In this document: piece after piece, positions 40,045-55,970 of the stretch
How positions within the stretch are numbered: position 1 is the first letter of the stretch
Layout: every line of letters starts with the position of its first letter
DNA from: the human T2T-CHM13v2.0 reference genome, Homo sapiens
Length of the DNA stretch: 64,000 bases
Assembly (NCBI RefSeq): GCF_009914755.1
Contig: NC_060940.1
Strand: one strand, 5' to 3'
Notes under the pieces: generated by a model
What the model was told of the DNA's origin: nothing
The model's database searches: none
Seen by the model: only the letters and a program-made list of their open reading frames with translations
Made by a program: the position numbers and the translations under genes

Positions 40045-40315
40045 CTACTTTTACTATTAGCCTGTGCTTGATACTGGTTTTAGCCTAACTTTATAGATGT
40101 CACATGAATGAATGGGAATGAATGAATAGAAGGAATGATTCAACCCAGGGTCAGCATGTGCTGGGGATGGTCCTATTCACAGCCCCTATTCACACCCCTA
40201 ATACGGGTGGGGCAAACCACTTCCTCTGCATAGCAACCCCTTCTCAGCTACTGCCTGTTAGATCCTACTCCTCACGTTCCAACTCCCAGGATTCAAGCTA
40301 CATCATCTGGCCCAC

Positions 40316-40458
40316 CTGTTGAATCTGATGAGCTCCTGCCTTAGGACGGTATTCATGGATTCTTCATAGACCACGGGGTACAACTTCATGACCTCTTCCA
40401 GGTCAAAGTCTCTGGGAAGCTTGGAGAGAATGTCTTGTGCCAACTCCTCAACCACTTC
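40316..40458 (-). CDS. DNAH3: DNAH3 exon (EVVEELAQDILSKLP...SMNTVLRQELIRFN)
   Basis: Manually translated; 143 nt, aag/GTGGGC sites, phase 0 to 2. Confidence 0.93.
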
Positions 40459-40528
40459 CTTAAAATGCAGGCAGAAGAGAGGTGAGTGAGAAGCAAGCCC
40501 TACAGGCTGTGGCTTTGGATAAACTTTA

Positions 40529-40975
<447 letters not shown>

Positions 40976-42040
40976 CTAAAAGTTAAAAAAAAAAAAAAAA
41001 AGAGTCGTGTCCTGACACCTCAGGCAAGAGCCGAAGGGCCAGGAAGGGAACTCTTGCTCAGCCAGGTAGCTTCAGGGCAGCACTAAGCCTCTGTCTTCAA
41101 TGTCACACCCAGGTGAGAATCTCCCACAGCCTCTGACCCCTGAGGATTAGCTCCTGGTGCCATGGGGCCCTTTCTCAGTGCCCGTGACACCTGGGAAAGC
41201 AGCAGGCCATTCTTCAGCATTGGAGCAAGAAAAGCACAGAACCCTCAGCTTAGCCAAGTAGGGAGGGGACAGGCCTCGAGGCTCAAGGAGGAACAAGACC
41301 TGAGTGTGGGAGAGACAGACACCCTGTGGTCCTGTGGATGTGGGAGGCTGGGATGTATAATTCTTTCCCTCTTCCCACTGTGAGGGGAATTTCCACTCCT
41401 ACATCGGGATACACCAACCAGGCTGGTTTACCTTCATACCAGTGATACTTAATGGCACTAGGAACCAAATCATGAAAGCAAATTAGCAAATTCTACAGTT
41501 GGGAGGGGTTAAACAGGAGGTAGCTTGGAAGGTGGAGAAGGGAAGGGATGGGAGAGGAAGCGGGTGGAGTCAGGAGACGGTGGCTCTGGTTCTGGCTCCG
41601 TCCTTGATTTTATGAAAGCCTGGAAGCCGGTCACTTTCTCTCTCAGGATTTGTTTCTCTCTTCATTTGTAGACTTAGGAGGGTGGCCTGGGTCAGGTCAT
41701 CACAAAGAGTGCACTGGGACTACTAGAGGTACCCAGGATTTTAGGTGTTTCCAGGACACAGAAAAATCATGTTGAGTCACATGGTGAGAAAGTTACTCTT
41801 TCAGGTTTTGGGTTTTTTTTCATTGTTGTTGTTACTGTTTTGAGATAGTGTCTCACTCTGTCGTCCAGGTGGGAGTGCAAAGGCATGATCACAGCCTCGT
41901 GATCACAGCCTCACTGCAGCCTCGACCTCCTGGGTTCAAGTGATCCTCCTGCCGCAGCCCCCTTAGTAGCTGGGACTACAGGCACGCACCACCACACCCA
42001 GTTAACTTTTTTTAAGACAGGGTCTCACTCTGTCGCCTAG

Positions 42041-42320
<280 letters not shown>

Positions 42321-42565
42321 TAGTGATGCGGTCTCCTTATGTTGCCCAGGCTGGCCTCGAACTCCTGGCCTCAAGTGCTCCTCCTGCTTCAGCCTCCCAA
42401 AGTGCTGGGACTACAGGTGCGATTCACTGCACCTGGCCTCTTTTCCAGTTCTGACCATCTTTCTCTTTTCATTCCTCTCAAAAAGACAGTTTCGGGTCAG
42501 TGCCAATTCTTTGACACTCACACATCTTTCTCCTTTTAACAAGAAGCCAGCAAAGCCTCAGCTCA

Positions 42566-42966
<401 letters not shown>

Positions 42967-43409
42967 TCACTGTTCAGCTTTCATTTTCTTTTTGTGCGTA
43001 TCATGACTTTATGGAAATGATACTGGGTTTCCACTTATGGTTCTGATGTGCAATCTTTTAAATTAAAAAAAAAAGAGAGTTAGTTTTAAAACATTATGTA
43101 GAAAAAAAAGCAAAAGAAAAAAAAAAGAATAAAACCCATTATGTAAATGGAGTATAGGTGATAGGTGGATATAGCAGAAAACATGAAGGTTATACAGGAA
43201 TAGCTGACATTTTGGAAACACTGGTTCCCTTGCAGCTCTGGATATAAGGACTCCCGGCAGTAAGGCCACAGTGCTCCTTCCCTGCCCTTGGCCAGGAGGC
43301 TGCCAGGCCCCCACTCTCTGCCTCTTGGTCACCCTCCAATCCTGTGTGCCCACTGGATGAAGAACTGCCTGGGAAATAGGATTAAGCCCCCTTTCCCGAG
43401 CCCAGTTAC

Positions 43410-43577
43410 CTGAGGGGACTTGCCACTTCCTCCTGACTGTCTAGGGAGGGTCAGCAGGACCCCCTCAAACAGCTGGTTGGTTTCCTGGTTGTCTTTGGTG
43501 ATGTCTGCGTTCTCATGGAGGCCGAACACTTCTGGGTGGGCTGTGATGGGGAGATTCCTGAGATAGTCGATATAGGA
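43410..43577 (-). CDS. DNAH3: DNAH3 exon (SYIDYLRNLP...PEVFGLHENADI...KSPQ)
   Basis: 168 nt, cag/GTAACT sites, phase 0. Confidence 0.95.
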
Positions 43578-43690
43578 CTGGAAGGGAAATCTTCAGTTGA
43601 AATCAACGAGGGACCCCAGAATCCCACAGATGACTCCAGGCTTAGCAGAACCCAATCAGAACAGGAATCATACTGTATCAGTAGCACAGG

Positions 43691-43721
<31 letters not shown>

Positions 43722-43887
43722 GAGAACACAACCCTAGCCCTCCCTCATACAGTTTTCTGGGGAGTGGGCATGAAAGCAGATGAGACTGAATTACCTCTCG
43801 CCCACCCTGGCTTCCTCTCTGCTCCCCCAGTGGGCCTGGCTTTGGACCCAAACAGAACTGAGTTTGGATCCTAGCTCCATCCCAAAC

Positions 43888-44824
43888 TGTCAGAGGCATT
43901 CGAACCAGAGCAACTCCATCTTGTATAGGGACTGGGTAAAATAAGGCTGACACCTAGTGGGCTGCATTCTTAGGAGGTGAGGGCATTCTAAGTCACAGGA
44001 TGAGACAGGAGTCAGCACAAGATACAGGTCACAAAGACCTTGCTGATAAAACAGGTTGTGGTAAAGAAGCCAGTCAAATATCCCCAAACCAAGATGGCCA
44101 CGGAAGTGACCTCTAGTTGACCTCACTGCTCATTACACACTAATTATAATGCATTAGCATGCTATGAGACACTCCCACCAGCGCCATGACTGTTTACAGA
44201 TGTCATGACAATGTCAGGAAGTTGCCCTATATAGTCTAGAAAGGGGAGGAACCCTCACTTCTTGGAATTGCCCACCCCTTTCCCGGAAAACTCATGAATA
44301 ATCCACCCCTTGTTTAGCATATAATCAAGAAATAACTGTAAGTATAATCAGTTGAGCAGCAACCCATGTCATTGCTCTGTCTATGAAGTAGCCATTCTTT
44401 ATTCCTTTACTTTTTTTTTTTTTTGAGACAGATTCTTGCTGTCTGCCAGGCTGGAGTGCAGTGGTACTATCTTGGCTCACTGTAACCTCCGCCTCCTGGA
44501 TTCAAGCAATTCTACTGCCTCAGCCTCCCTAGTAGCTGGGATTATAGGCATATGCCATCATGCCCGGCTAATTTTTTGTATTTTTAGTAGCGACGGGGTT
44601 TCACTGCGTTAGCCAGGATGGTCTCGATCTCTTAACCTTGTGATCCGACCTCTTTGGCCTCCCAAGGTACTGGGATTACAGGCATGAGCCACTGCGCCCG
44701 GCCTCCTTTACTTTCTTAATTAACTTGCTTTTGTTGTACTCTATAGACTCGCCCCGAATTCTTTCTTGTGCAAGATCCAAGAACCATCCCTTTGGGTCTG
44801 GATCTGGACCCCCTTCCGATAATA
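43888..44824 (+). mobile_element. MER41B-like ERV1 solo LTR with antisense Alu (~44411-44703) inserted
   Basis: tgtcagaggcattcgaaccagagcaactccatcttg start; taattataatgcattagcatgcta segment; tandem GAS motifs; 4-bp TSD AAAC at 43884-43887 and 44825-44828. Confidence 0.88.
44259..44288. promoter_or_regulatory. Tandem GAS (STAT) motifs TTCTTGGAA (44259-44267) and TTCCCGGAA (44280-44288)
   Basis: Both match TTCN3GAA at the positions expected in MER41B; activity is not shown. Confidence 0.6.
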
Positions 44825-44903
44825 AAACTATGTACCCTTGAACTTGTCATCTGAAACCCCAGTTTCCTTATCTGTAAATAGAAAAACAAGTGTAGTTATG
44901 AAG

Positions 44904-45486
44904 TATAAACCAAAAGTAAAATCTTAAGACCCTCCAACCATCTGAATGGACTTCCTCCTTGTCCGGGGCACTCTAAAATTTAACCTGAAAGCCTGGTTCA
45001 GGCCATGACGGGAAGTGGGGGTCAGACATGCCTCATTATGCCCCTCCAGCATTACCATCAACACAGACCTTAAGTCTGATAAGAAACATTTACAATCTAT
45101 TCTCTCTGAAGCCTGCTGCCTGGAGGTTTCATCTGCATGATAAAACTTGGGTCTGCACAACCTCTTATCATAACCCAGGCATTCCTTTCTATTGATAACT
45201 CTTTCAACCAATTGCCAATCAGAAAACGTTTAAATCTACCTATAACCTGCTGGCCTCCACTTCGAGTTTTCCCGTCTTTCTGGACTGAACCAATGGATAT
45301 CCTAAATGTATTTGACTGATGCCTCGCGTCTCCCTAAAATGTATAAAATCAAGCCCTGACCACCTGGGGCACATGCTCTCAGGATCTCCTGAGGGCTGTG
45401 TCACGGGCCATGGTCACTCATATTTGGCTCAGTATAAATCTCTTCAAATATTTTACAGGGTAAGAAAGAGACTCTTTTCATCCACA
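44904..45486 (+). mobile_element. MER4-group ERV1 solo LTR (MER4D/E-like)
   Basis: tataaaccaaaagtaaaatcttaagaccctccaaccatctgaatggac start, ...gactcttttcatccaca end; 4-bp TSD GAAG on both sides. Confidence 0.8.
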
Positions 45487-45516
45487 GAAGGAATCAGGCC
45501 TTGGCATGTGACAGGT

Positions 45517-46660
<1,144 letters not shown>

Positions 46661-47396
46661 CAGGTCATCAATAAAAGTAAGTGGTTTTTTTTGTTTGTTT
46701 GTTTGTTTTTTTGAGACAGTTTCACTGTCACTCAGGCTGGAGTGCAGTGGCATGGTCTCAGCTCACCACAACCTCCACCTCCCAGTTCAAGCAATTCCCC
46801 TGCCTCAGCCTCCCAAGTAGTTGGGATTACAGGCAGGCGCCACCACACCTGGTTAATTTTTATATTTTTAGAAGAGATGGGGTTTCACCATGTTGGTCAG
46901 GCTGGTCTCAAACTCCTGAGCTTAAGTGATCCACCCGCCTCAGCCTCCCAAAGTGCTGAGATTACAGGCGTGAGCCACAGCATCCAACCTGTAAGCTCTT
47001 TTCTATCCCTCAGATTGTTTTCATCTTCCTTTTGTCATTCCCTGCCCAGTTTTTCTGTTCCTCCCTTTTTGCCACCTTCTGAATCTTCGTCTTCAAGTAG
47101 CAATTTCCATCTTGCTCACTTCCAAGGCTCCATCTTAATCATCGTTCTCTCTCCTTCCTCCACCCAGATGGATCCTATATTTTGAAACACCTTGTCTACC
47201 AAATACCGACCCCCTCCTTAAACAGTAGCCATGTCTCTCTTGCAGGCTTTTGGGAATATTGGGAATAGCTTATGGATTCAATTCAGGAAGCCCAAGGTCA
47301 CCCCTGGGATCCCTGGCTACACTGCAGCCCTGTAGCCATATAGAGATGACGGAGCCCTGTGGGGGAAAGAGGTAGGCCTCCCTGCCCACCCCTTAC

Positions 47397-47551
47397 CTGG
47401 TAGGAGCCATGAGGAGGGATGTAGTAAGTGTCTCCAGGAGCGAGGGAGTAATAGTCCTCCTCAATTTCCTTACAGTAGAACATGGACAGAAGTGACAGCA
47501 GGAGACGCCGGTCTTTGTCATCAGTCACTCTGCCTCCGTAATTACATTCCC
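47397..47551 (-). CDS. DNAH3: DNAH3 exon (GECNYGGRVTDDKDRRLL...HGSYQ)
   Basis: 155 nt, cag/GTAAGG sites, phase 1 to 0; YGGRVTD motif. Confidence 0.95.
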
Positions 47552-47662
47552 CTGGGGACAACCAACAGAAGGAGAGGTTGAGCCCAGGGAAGGTCATCAC
47601 GAGCTTGGTGGTTGATGTAAAACACGGCATTCTTCCGGCCAAAGATCTCTGCTGGGACATAG

Positions 47663-48157
47663 TGATAGGGACAGCAAGCAGGAAAATTCCGGGCAGAAGA
47701 TGGCGGGTCCCCTGCAAGGGCCCCACCCTCAAGCTGAAAAGCCTGAAACCATGGCCCAAAGTGAGAACTTACATCCCTGTTTTCCCACTTGAATGTTGCC
47801 TTTTCCAAAACCACCCATGACCTGCCCCACCCCCACAACCCATGCCCATCAAAACCCCAGGCTCAGCCAGCAGAGAGAGAGAAGCAGCTGGACATCAGAG
47901 AGAAGAGGCTTGACTTCAGGGGAACAGCCTTTTCAGCTCCCTTTCCCGCTGAGAGCCACTTTCTTCGGCAATAAAATCCCCCACATTTACCATCTTCCAT
48001 TCGTTTGTGCGACCCCATTCCTCCTGGACACTGGACAAGAGCTTGGGTGCCATGAGTGCAAGTGCCAAAGTCTGTCACGCTGACCCACCACTGGGCGGTT
48101 AATACTTGAGCTGTCTGGACCGCAGAGCTACAAGAGTACTGTAAACCTTCCTCTGGG
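47663..48157 (+). mobile_element. 3'-truncated ERV1 LTR (LTR1/LTR27/LTR28-like)
   Basis: tgatagggacag...gggccccaccctcaagc...aataaaatcccc; ends abruptly in an Alu 3' stub. Confidence 0.65.
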
Positions 48158-48294
48158 TGACAGAGGGAGACTGTCTCAAAAAAAAAAAAAAAAAAAAAGA
48201 CCTGCACTCCAGCCTGGGCAACAAGAGCGAAACTTCGTCTCAAAAAATAAATAAATAAATAAATATAAATAAAAACAGAAACAAAAAAAAAGAC

Positions 48295-48534
48295 ATTTAA
48301 AGAGCGAGGGAGAGACCACATTCATATAACTTTTATTATAGCATATTGTAATTGTTCTATTTTATTACTGTTGTTGTTAATCTCTCGCTGTGCCTAATTT
48401 ATAAATTAAACTTTATCATAGGTATGTATGTATAGGATAAAAAATAGTATATATGGGGTTCGGTAAAATCCGCAGTTTCAGGCATCCACTGGGGGTCTTG
48501 GAACATATCCCTGGTGGATAAAGAGGGACTAGTG
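48295..48534. mobile_element. MER44 (Tigger7-derived) partial element
   Basis: gagagaccacattcatataacttttatt...ggcatccactgggggtcttggaac...ggataa; only one terminus is present. Confidence 0.7.
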
Positions 48535-49212
48535 TATATGTTGAGATGGTGGCAGTAACAGTGGTTGGAGCCTTTGCTAACTGTGCCCCTGATAGAGAAT
48601 TACAACGAGCAAAGACTCTTGCTAATTCATGCTGGAAATGTAGAGTGGGCAAGAAATGGATCTATGATGTCTTTTATACCCTTGAGGTTTGAGGATTGTT
48701 TGTTATCTCAGCCTAACTAGCCTATCCTGACTGGAACAGTTGGAAGGTAACTACTCTCAAGCTGGCTGGTTTATGACCGGCAGGCAGTTGGTTTATGGCT
48801 TGCAGGCAGTTCTCTAAGCAGACCATATCCCAGGGCAATCATGCACTCATGCTATGGTCTGAAGAGGAACCCTAGGATGTGCTTCTGCATGACCTGGAAC
48901 TGTGGGAATATGGTTCACTTCTATTTATTATTATTACTAGTTTTAGAGACGGGATCTTGCTGTTTTGCCCAGGCTGGTCTTGAATCCCTGGGTCCAAGTA
49001 ATCCTTCGGCATCAGCCTCCTGAGTAGCTGGGACTATGGGTGCAAGCCACTGTGTCCAGCTCCAGGCGCACTTCTTTGGAGATGTTCTTTCACCAAACTG
49101 AGACCCACTGTATGCGTACTGTGTGTGTCATTTGGGGCTTTGTTTTAGGGAACACTCTACTGAGTTAAGGTCAATGTGACCTTCTGGCACTGAACTTAAT
49201 CACTGTAAAGAA

Positions 49213-49417
49213 CAGTCTTTCAACCTTGGCACTCTTAACATGTTGGACTGGATAGTTCTGTGTTGTGGGGACCACCTTGTACATCGTAGACTGTTCAGTA
49301 GCATCCCTAGCCTCCACTACTATAACTGCCAGTAGCACGCACTATGACATCCAAAACCATCTCCAGACATTGCCAAATAGCCACTGGGGGCTGAAATCAC
49401 CCACAGTTAGAACCACT
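49213..49417. mobile_element. MER20 hAT element
   Basis: tcaaccttggcact...agcatccctagcctc...ctccagacattgccaaat...agaaccact. Confidence 0.75.
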
Positions 49418-50589
49418 CCTTTAAGCCTCTGTCTTCCCAGCTGTAAAATGGGGTTATTAACATGGAGCTCATAAAATTAGCATGAAGACTCAATGCATTA
49501 ATCACAGGTATACAGTGTCTGCCACGTGCCTGGGGAAGGGATTCTAACAAACTCCTTAACATATGGAGCTGAAGAGGAAATTGGGTGTGATCTTGATGCC
49601 CCGGTGTTTTAATTAAGCTGCATTTTGACCTTCAGCCATGATATTCCATTCATTTAGCACATGTCTATTCTTATTCCTGTCTCTGGGACTATACGGCACG
49701 TTCCTTGAAGTTAGTGGTCACGTTTTTTTGGTTGTATGTGTGTATGTTTTTTAAGAGATGGGGTCTTGCTCTGTCACCCAGGCTGGAGTGCAGTGGTGTG
49801 ATCATAGCTCACTACAGCCTTGACATCCTGTGCTCATGCGATCCTCCTGCCTCAGCCTCCTGATTACCTGGGGCTACAGGTGCACAACACCATATCCAGC
49901 TCATTTTTATTTTATTTCTTTGTAGAGATGTGGCCCAGACTGGTCTCAGACTCCTGGGCTCAAGCAATCTTCCCACCTTGGCCTCCAAAAGTGCTGGGAT
50001 TACAGACATGACCCACCGCACAGAGCCTATGATCAAGTTTTACACATTTACATTCTTCCATATTATGTACTTGTACATATCGTGGACTAATAAAAGGTTG
50101 CTGATTGATTGCTTTAATACAAAACAGCTAGTGCCATTTCTACCTCAGGATCACTTTGCTGGGAATGTTCTCCTTCCTCTATGCCCCACCCAGTCCATTC
50201 TTTTCCACTCATAAAACTCCTACTCACCCCCAAAACCCATCTCTTATGCCTTTAAGAAGTTTGCCACGATCATCTCCTCCTCCTACCCCAAGATTTAATC
50301 ATTATGCTGCCCTTCTACTTATAAATGTTTCTCTTGTTGAACTTATTACTATGTTACCTTTTTTTTTTTTTCTTCTGAGACAGGATCTCGCTCTGTCACC
50401 CAGGCTGGAGTGGGGTGGCACGATCAGAGCTCACCGCACCTCCACATCCGGGGCTCAAGCAATCCTCCCACCTTAGTCCCCTGAGTAGCTAGGACTACAG
50501 GCATGTGTCACCACGCCTGGCTAATTTTTGTATTTTTTGTAGAGATGGGATTTTGCCCCAGCCGGTCTTAAACTTCTGGCCTCAAGTGA

Positions 50590-50937
<348 letters not shown>

Positions 50938-51346
50938 TGAGCCACCACGCCTGGCCAATTTTTTAATTTTTAGTAGAGATGGGGTTTCAATATGTTGGTC
51001 GGGCTGGTCTCAAACTCTTGACCTCAGGTGATCCACCTGCCGTGGCCTTCCAAAGTGCTGAGATTACAGGCATGAGCCACTGTGCCCCGCTGGCCTGTAT
51101 CATTTTTTAAAATATTTTTCTTCTTTTGGAGACTGTGAGTCACTCAAGGGTAAAGATTCTATCTTAATTTTTTTTGTTTGTTTGTTTCCTTACAATATCT
51201 AGCATGATGACCAGCATTAGTAAGAGCTCGATGTTTATGGTGAGGGAGGGAGGGAGTACATAAGTGAATGGAAATGGGAGGAGAACAGCAGGAGGGTGGA
51301 ACATGATACTGGAGGTTTACAGTGGAAAAACTCCTCCCGTAAATAC

Positions 51347-51463
51347 CTGTCAGGTAGGTCAGAGCATCAAAGGGCACCTCCTTGTAGTCATTGAGAAACA
51401 TCTGGATCTGCCACATACTAATCCTCAGGTCAGATTCGTTGAATTCATAGGGAATATTCCACC
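51347..51463 (-). CDS. DNAH3: DNAH3 exon ([13 protein letters not shown]...DALTYLT)
   Basis: 117 nt, cag/GTATTT sites, phase 1 to 1; GWNIPYEF motif. Confidence 0.95.
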
Positions 51464-52540
51464 CTGCGTGTGGGAGAGCAGAGAGAGGCTTCAGTGCTGA
51501 GAGCTCTTAATTTCCACTCAAAGACCAAGCCGAGGGAGTTAAGCATCATTATGGATCAAAAGCCTCTTTCAGGCTCATGAATATCAAGCACCGAGGCCAA
51601 CTATTAGCCTGGACGTTTACCACCAACATGGGAGCCATTCTGCCTGAGAAAACATCCATTCTAAAATCAATTTCCTTATATACCTCCCCATTTGTTAAGG
51701 AAGATGTTAATGTCCTGGGATTTGTGGAATGAGAATTATTCAGCCTGGCAGGAATATGGCGGTAATGCACGGAGCTCCAAAAATAACACCGCGGCATGGC
51801 TAGACAGCAGGAGCTACGACTGGGCAACAGAGCCACGTTGGTTCTGAGAATTCCCCTCCTCGAGCTCACGGGAAAAACTGAATGGCCAGCCTTAAAGAAA
51901 TGACCACTCGTATTTCCAAGGGTGTAATGATAAATGCCCATTGGGGGCTGAACAAGTGACATACATGTGTAAACCAGGCATGGTGCAGGATACAAGAAAG
52001 AGTATGGGGAAACCTGTGCTCAATAGGGAAGTTTTTTGTTTGTTTTGCTTTTGTTTGTTTTGTTTTTTTGTTTGTTGTTTTTTTTTTTTGGAGACAGAGT
52101 CTCGCTCTGTCCCACAAGCTGGAATGCAGTGTCGTGATCTCGGCTGACTGCAACCTCCACCTCCTGGGTTCAAGAGATTCTCCTGTCTCAGCCTCCTGAG
52201 TGGCTGGGATTACAGGCACGTGCCACCACGCCCAGCTAGTTTACGTAGTTTTAGTAGAGACGGGGATTCGCCATGTTGGCCAGGCTGGTCTTGAACTCCT
52301 GATCGCAAGTGATCCGCCTGCCTCGGCCTCCCAAAGTGCTGGGATTACAGGTGTGAACCATCGCGCCCAGGTTCAATAGAGAAGTTTAATTTCCTCCCAA
52401 ACACTCGCTTTCAAATTATAACAAAATAATAAAATTCGTGTGCCAGCAAACGAAGCATGACTGGCAGTTAGTTGCAAGCCAAACATTTGCATGGCTTTTT
52501 TTTTTTGAGAGACTGGATCTCGTTCTTTTGCCCAGTCTAG

Positions 52541-52663
<123 letters not shown>

Positions 52664-52922
52664 TAATTTTTTTTTTGAGACAATGTCTTACTTTGTCATC
52701 CAGTTTGGAGTGCAGTGGCACAATCTTGGCTCACTGCAGCCTCCACCTTCTCGCCTCAAGCGATCCTCCCACCTCAGCCTCCCAAAGTACTGGGATTACA
52801 GGCTTGCACCATTGTGCCTGGCATGACTGGTTTATTTCACTTAGCGTAATGTCCTCTAATGTCCTCAGGTTCATCCACGTTGTAGTGTATGTCAGAATTT
52901 TCTTCCTCTTTAAGGTTGATTA

Positions 52923-53181
<259 letters not shown>

Positions 53182-53726
53182 TTATGTATTAATCTACCTA
53201 TAGACTTTTTTTTTTTTTTTTTGAGACAGGGTCTCACTCTGTCACCCAGGCTGGAGTGTGGTGGTGTGATATGGGCTCACTACAAACTCCACCTCCCGGT
53301 TGAAGCCATTCTCATGCCTCAGCTTCCCAAATAGCTGGGATTATAGGCGGGCACCACCACACCCGGCTAATTTTTGTGTTTTTAGTAGAGATGGGGTTTT
53401 ACCATGTTACCCAGGCTGGTCTCGAACTCCTGGCCTCAAGGATTCTGCCTCCCTTGGCCTCCCTAAGTGCTGGGATTAAAGGCACAAGTCACCACGCCCA
53501 GCCAGGTTGTCAGATTTAGCAAATAAAAATACAGTGAGAGTTTAATATTAGTTAAATAATAAATCATTTAGTATAAGTATGTTCCAAATATTGCCTGGAA
53601 AATATTTATACCGTATCTTACTGGCAACCCTATCTGAGCGCAAGCTTAAACACGCACCTGGAAACACACCTATATGTGTCTGATATCCTTTCCCTCAGGC
53701 CACTCAGGTGCACTGTCATCGCTTAC

Positions 53727-53971
53727 CTAGGGGGCCGAAGTTTCTTCTCTCTTGAACAACGGCGTGGAAGAAACAAAGGCCAAATAACATCTTTTGCCAC
53801 ATCACCGCCTTTGCACAGCTTTGGAAGAACACAGGATCTGAGATGGGGTCATTGAGGTAGGAGCGCAACAGGTTGGCCCGGAGCCCTTTGGGGGGCTCAT
53901 TGGTCATTTTGATTCCATTCTGGAGAATGCTGACTGGAAACTTCTCTGATGGATAGCTGGTTAGCCAGAGT
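53727..53971 (-). CDS. DNAH3: DNAH3 exon (RLWLTSYP...[11 protein letters not shown]...[16 protein letters not shown])
   Basis: 245 nt, cag/GTAAGC sites, phase 2 to 1. Confidence 0.95.
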
Positions 53972-54779
53972 CTGGAAGAACAATGGACCCAACGTTTTAG
54001 AGCAATACAATAAGTTATAGTGAAAAGCAACAACAAAAACAAAACAATAACAATAACAAAACAGACCAGCCTGGGTAACATGGTAAAACCCCATCTCTAT
54101 GAAAAACATTATTTTATTGATAAATTAAAAAAAAATAACAAAAAAGAATAGCTATGATTAAATACTACCAGAGCCAAAACTATGCTAAGCATTTAACATA
54201 TGTCCTTTTATTTCCCTTAAGCCTCACAGCCACCTGATGAGGAGGGACTTACTACCTCTTTTACCAGTGAGGAAGCGGAGGCATGGCAAGGTCAGGTGGG
54301 TTTTTCAAGGACACACCACTTGGCAGTAGTTGAACCAAGATGTGAACTCAGGACTCTCTGACTCCAAAGCTCCTACTCTTTTTTTTTTTTTAATGTAGAG
54401 ATGGAGTCCCTCTATGTTGCCCAGGCTGGTCTCGAACTCCAGGGCTCAAGTGATCCTCCCACCTCACCATCCCACAGTGCTGGGATTACAGGTGTGAGTC
54501 CCCGTGCCTGGCCCTAAGGCTGCTTTCTCCCTACAACCAGAGTTGAATAGTTGCAACAGAGACAATATGGCCACAAACCCTGAAATATTTACTATTGGCC
54601 CTTTACAGAAAAAGTTTGCTGATGCCTGTCATATAAGAAATGGCATTTGAAATGTGCCTTGAAAAATAGGGAGAAATTCTTTTTTAAATGCAAGTGTATC
54701 TATGCCCACAAAAAATGGAAACATATGTAAAAGTGTTTAGAAGAAACTAGAATTGATAATTTTACCACCTATAGGTTAA

Positions 54780-55157
<378 letters not shown>

Positions 55158-55595
55158 TAAAAACCTAAGGCTTTCTTTTACAGTTCTAGATTCCCATCTT
55201 CCCTTTAAAATTGTTAGAAAGTCTGATCCTACATGGCAACAGTTAGCTAGTATTAAACAGTGACCGCTCTCCTTGCCAGAGCATGTGCCCAGTTCACTGC
55301 AAGCCCCACCATTCCCTATTGTGTCTGACACTGAGGCTGACTACCCATGAGGATTGTTGCTGTACTGTGGAACGTGGACTATTTCTTGTATCCAGCCCTC
55401 TTCACTCATTTATGTTACATGCCTGGCCCCTATAGGCACTTGAGAACTTGAGTTCATGATTTTTGGGTCAGGATCATATTACAGTAGAACTTAAAATGTC
55501 AACATAAATAACTTTTTCTTCTTTGAGTGTGTCATTAATGGCCAATGAATTCACTCACTATCCCAAACCAAACAACATTCTTTTCTTTTTTTTAA

Positions 55596-55970
<375 letters not shown>

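Noticed and set aside
43515-43874. 119-aa + strand ORF
   Set aside because: Partly antisense to a DNAH3 exon and runs through an (AC)n repeat; no homology recognised.
51549-51995. 148-aa - strand ORF in a DNAH3 intron
   Set aside because: No recognisable domain, and the DNAH3 frame is complete without it.
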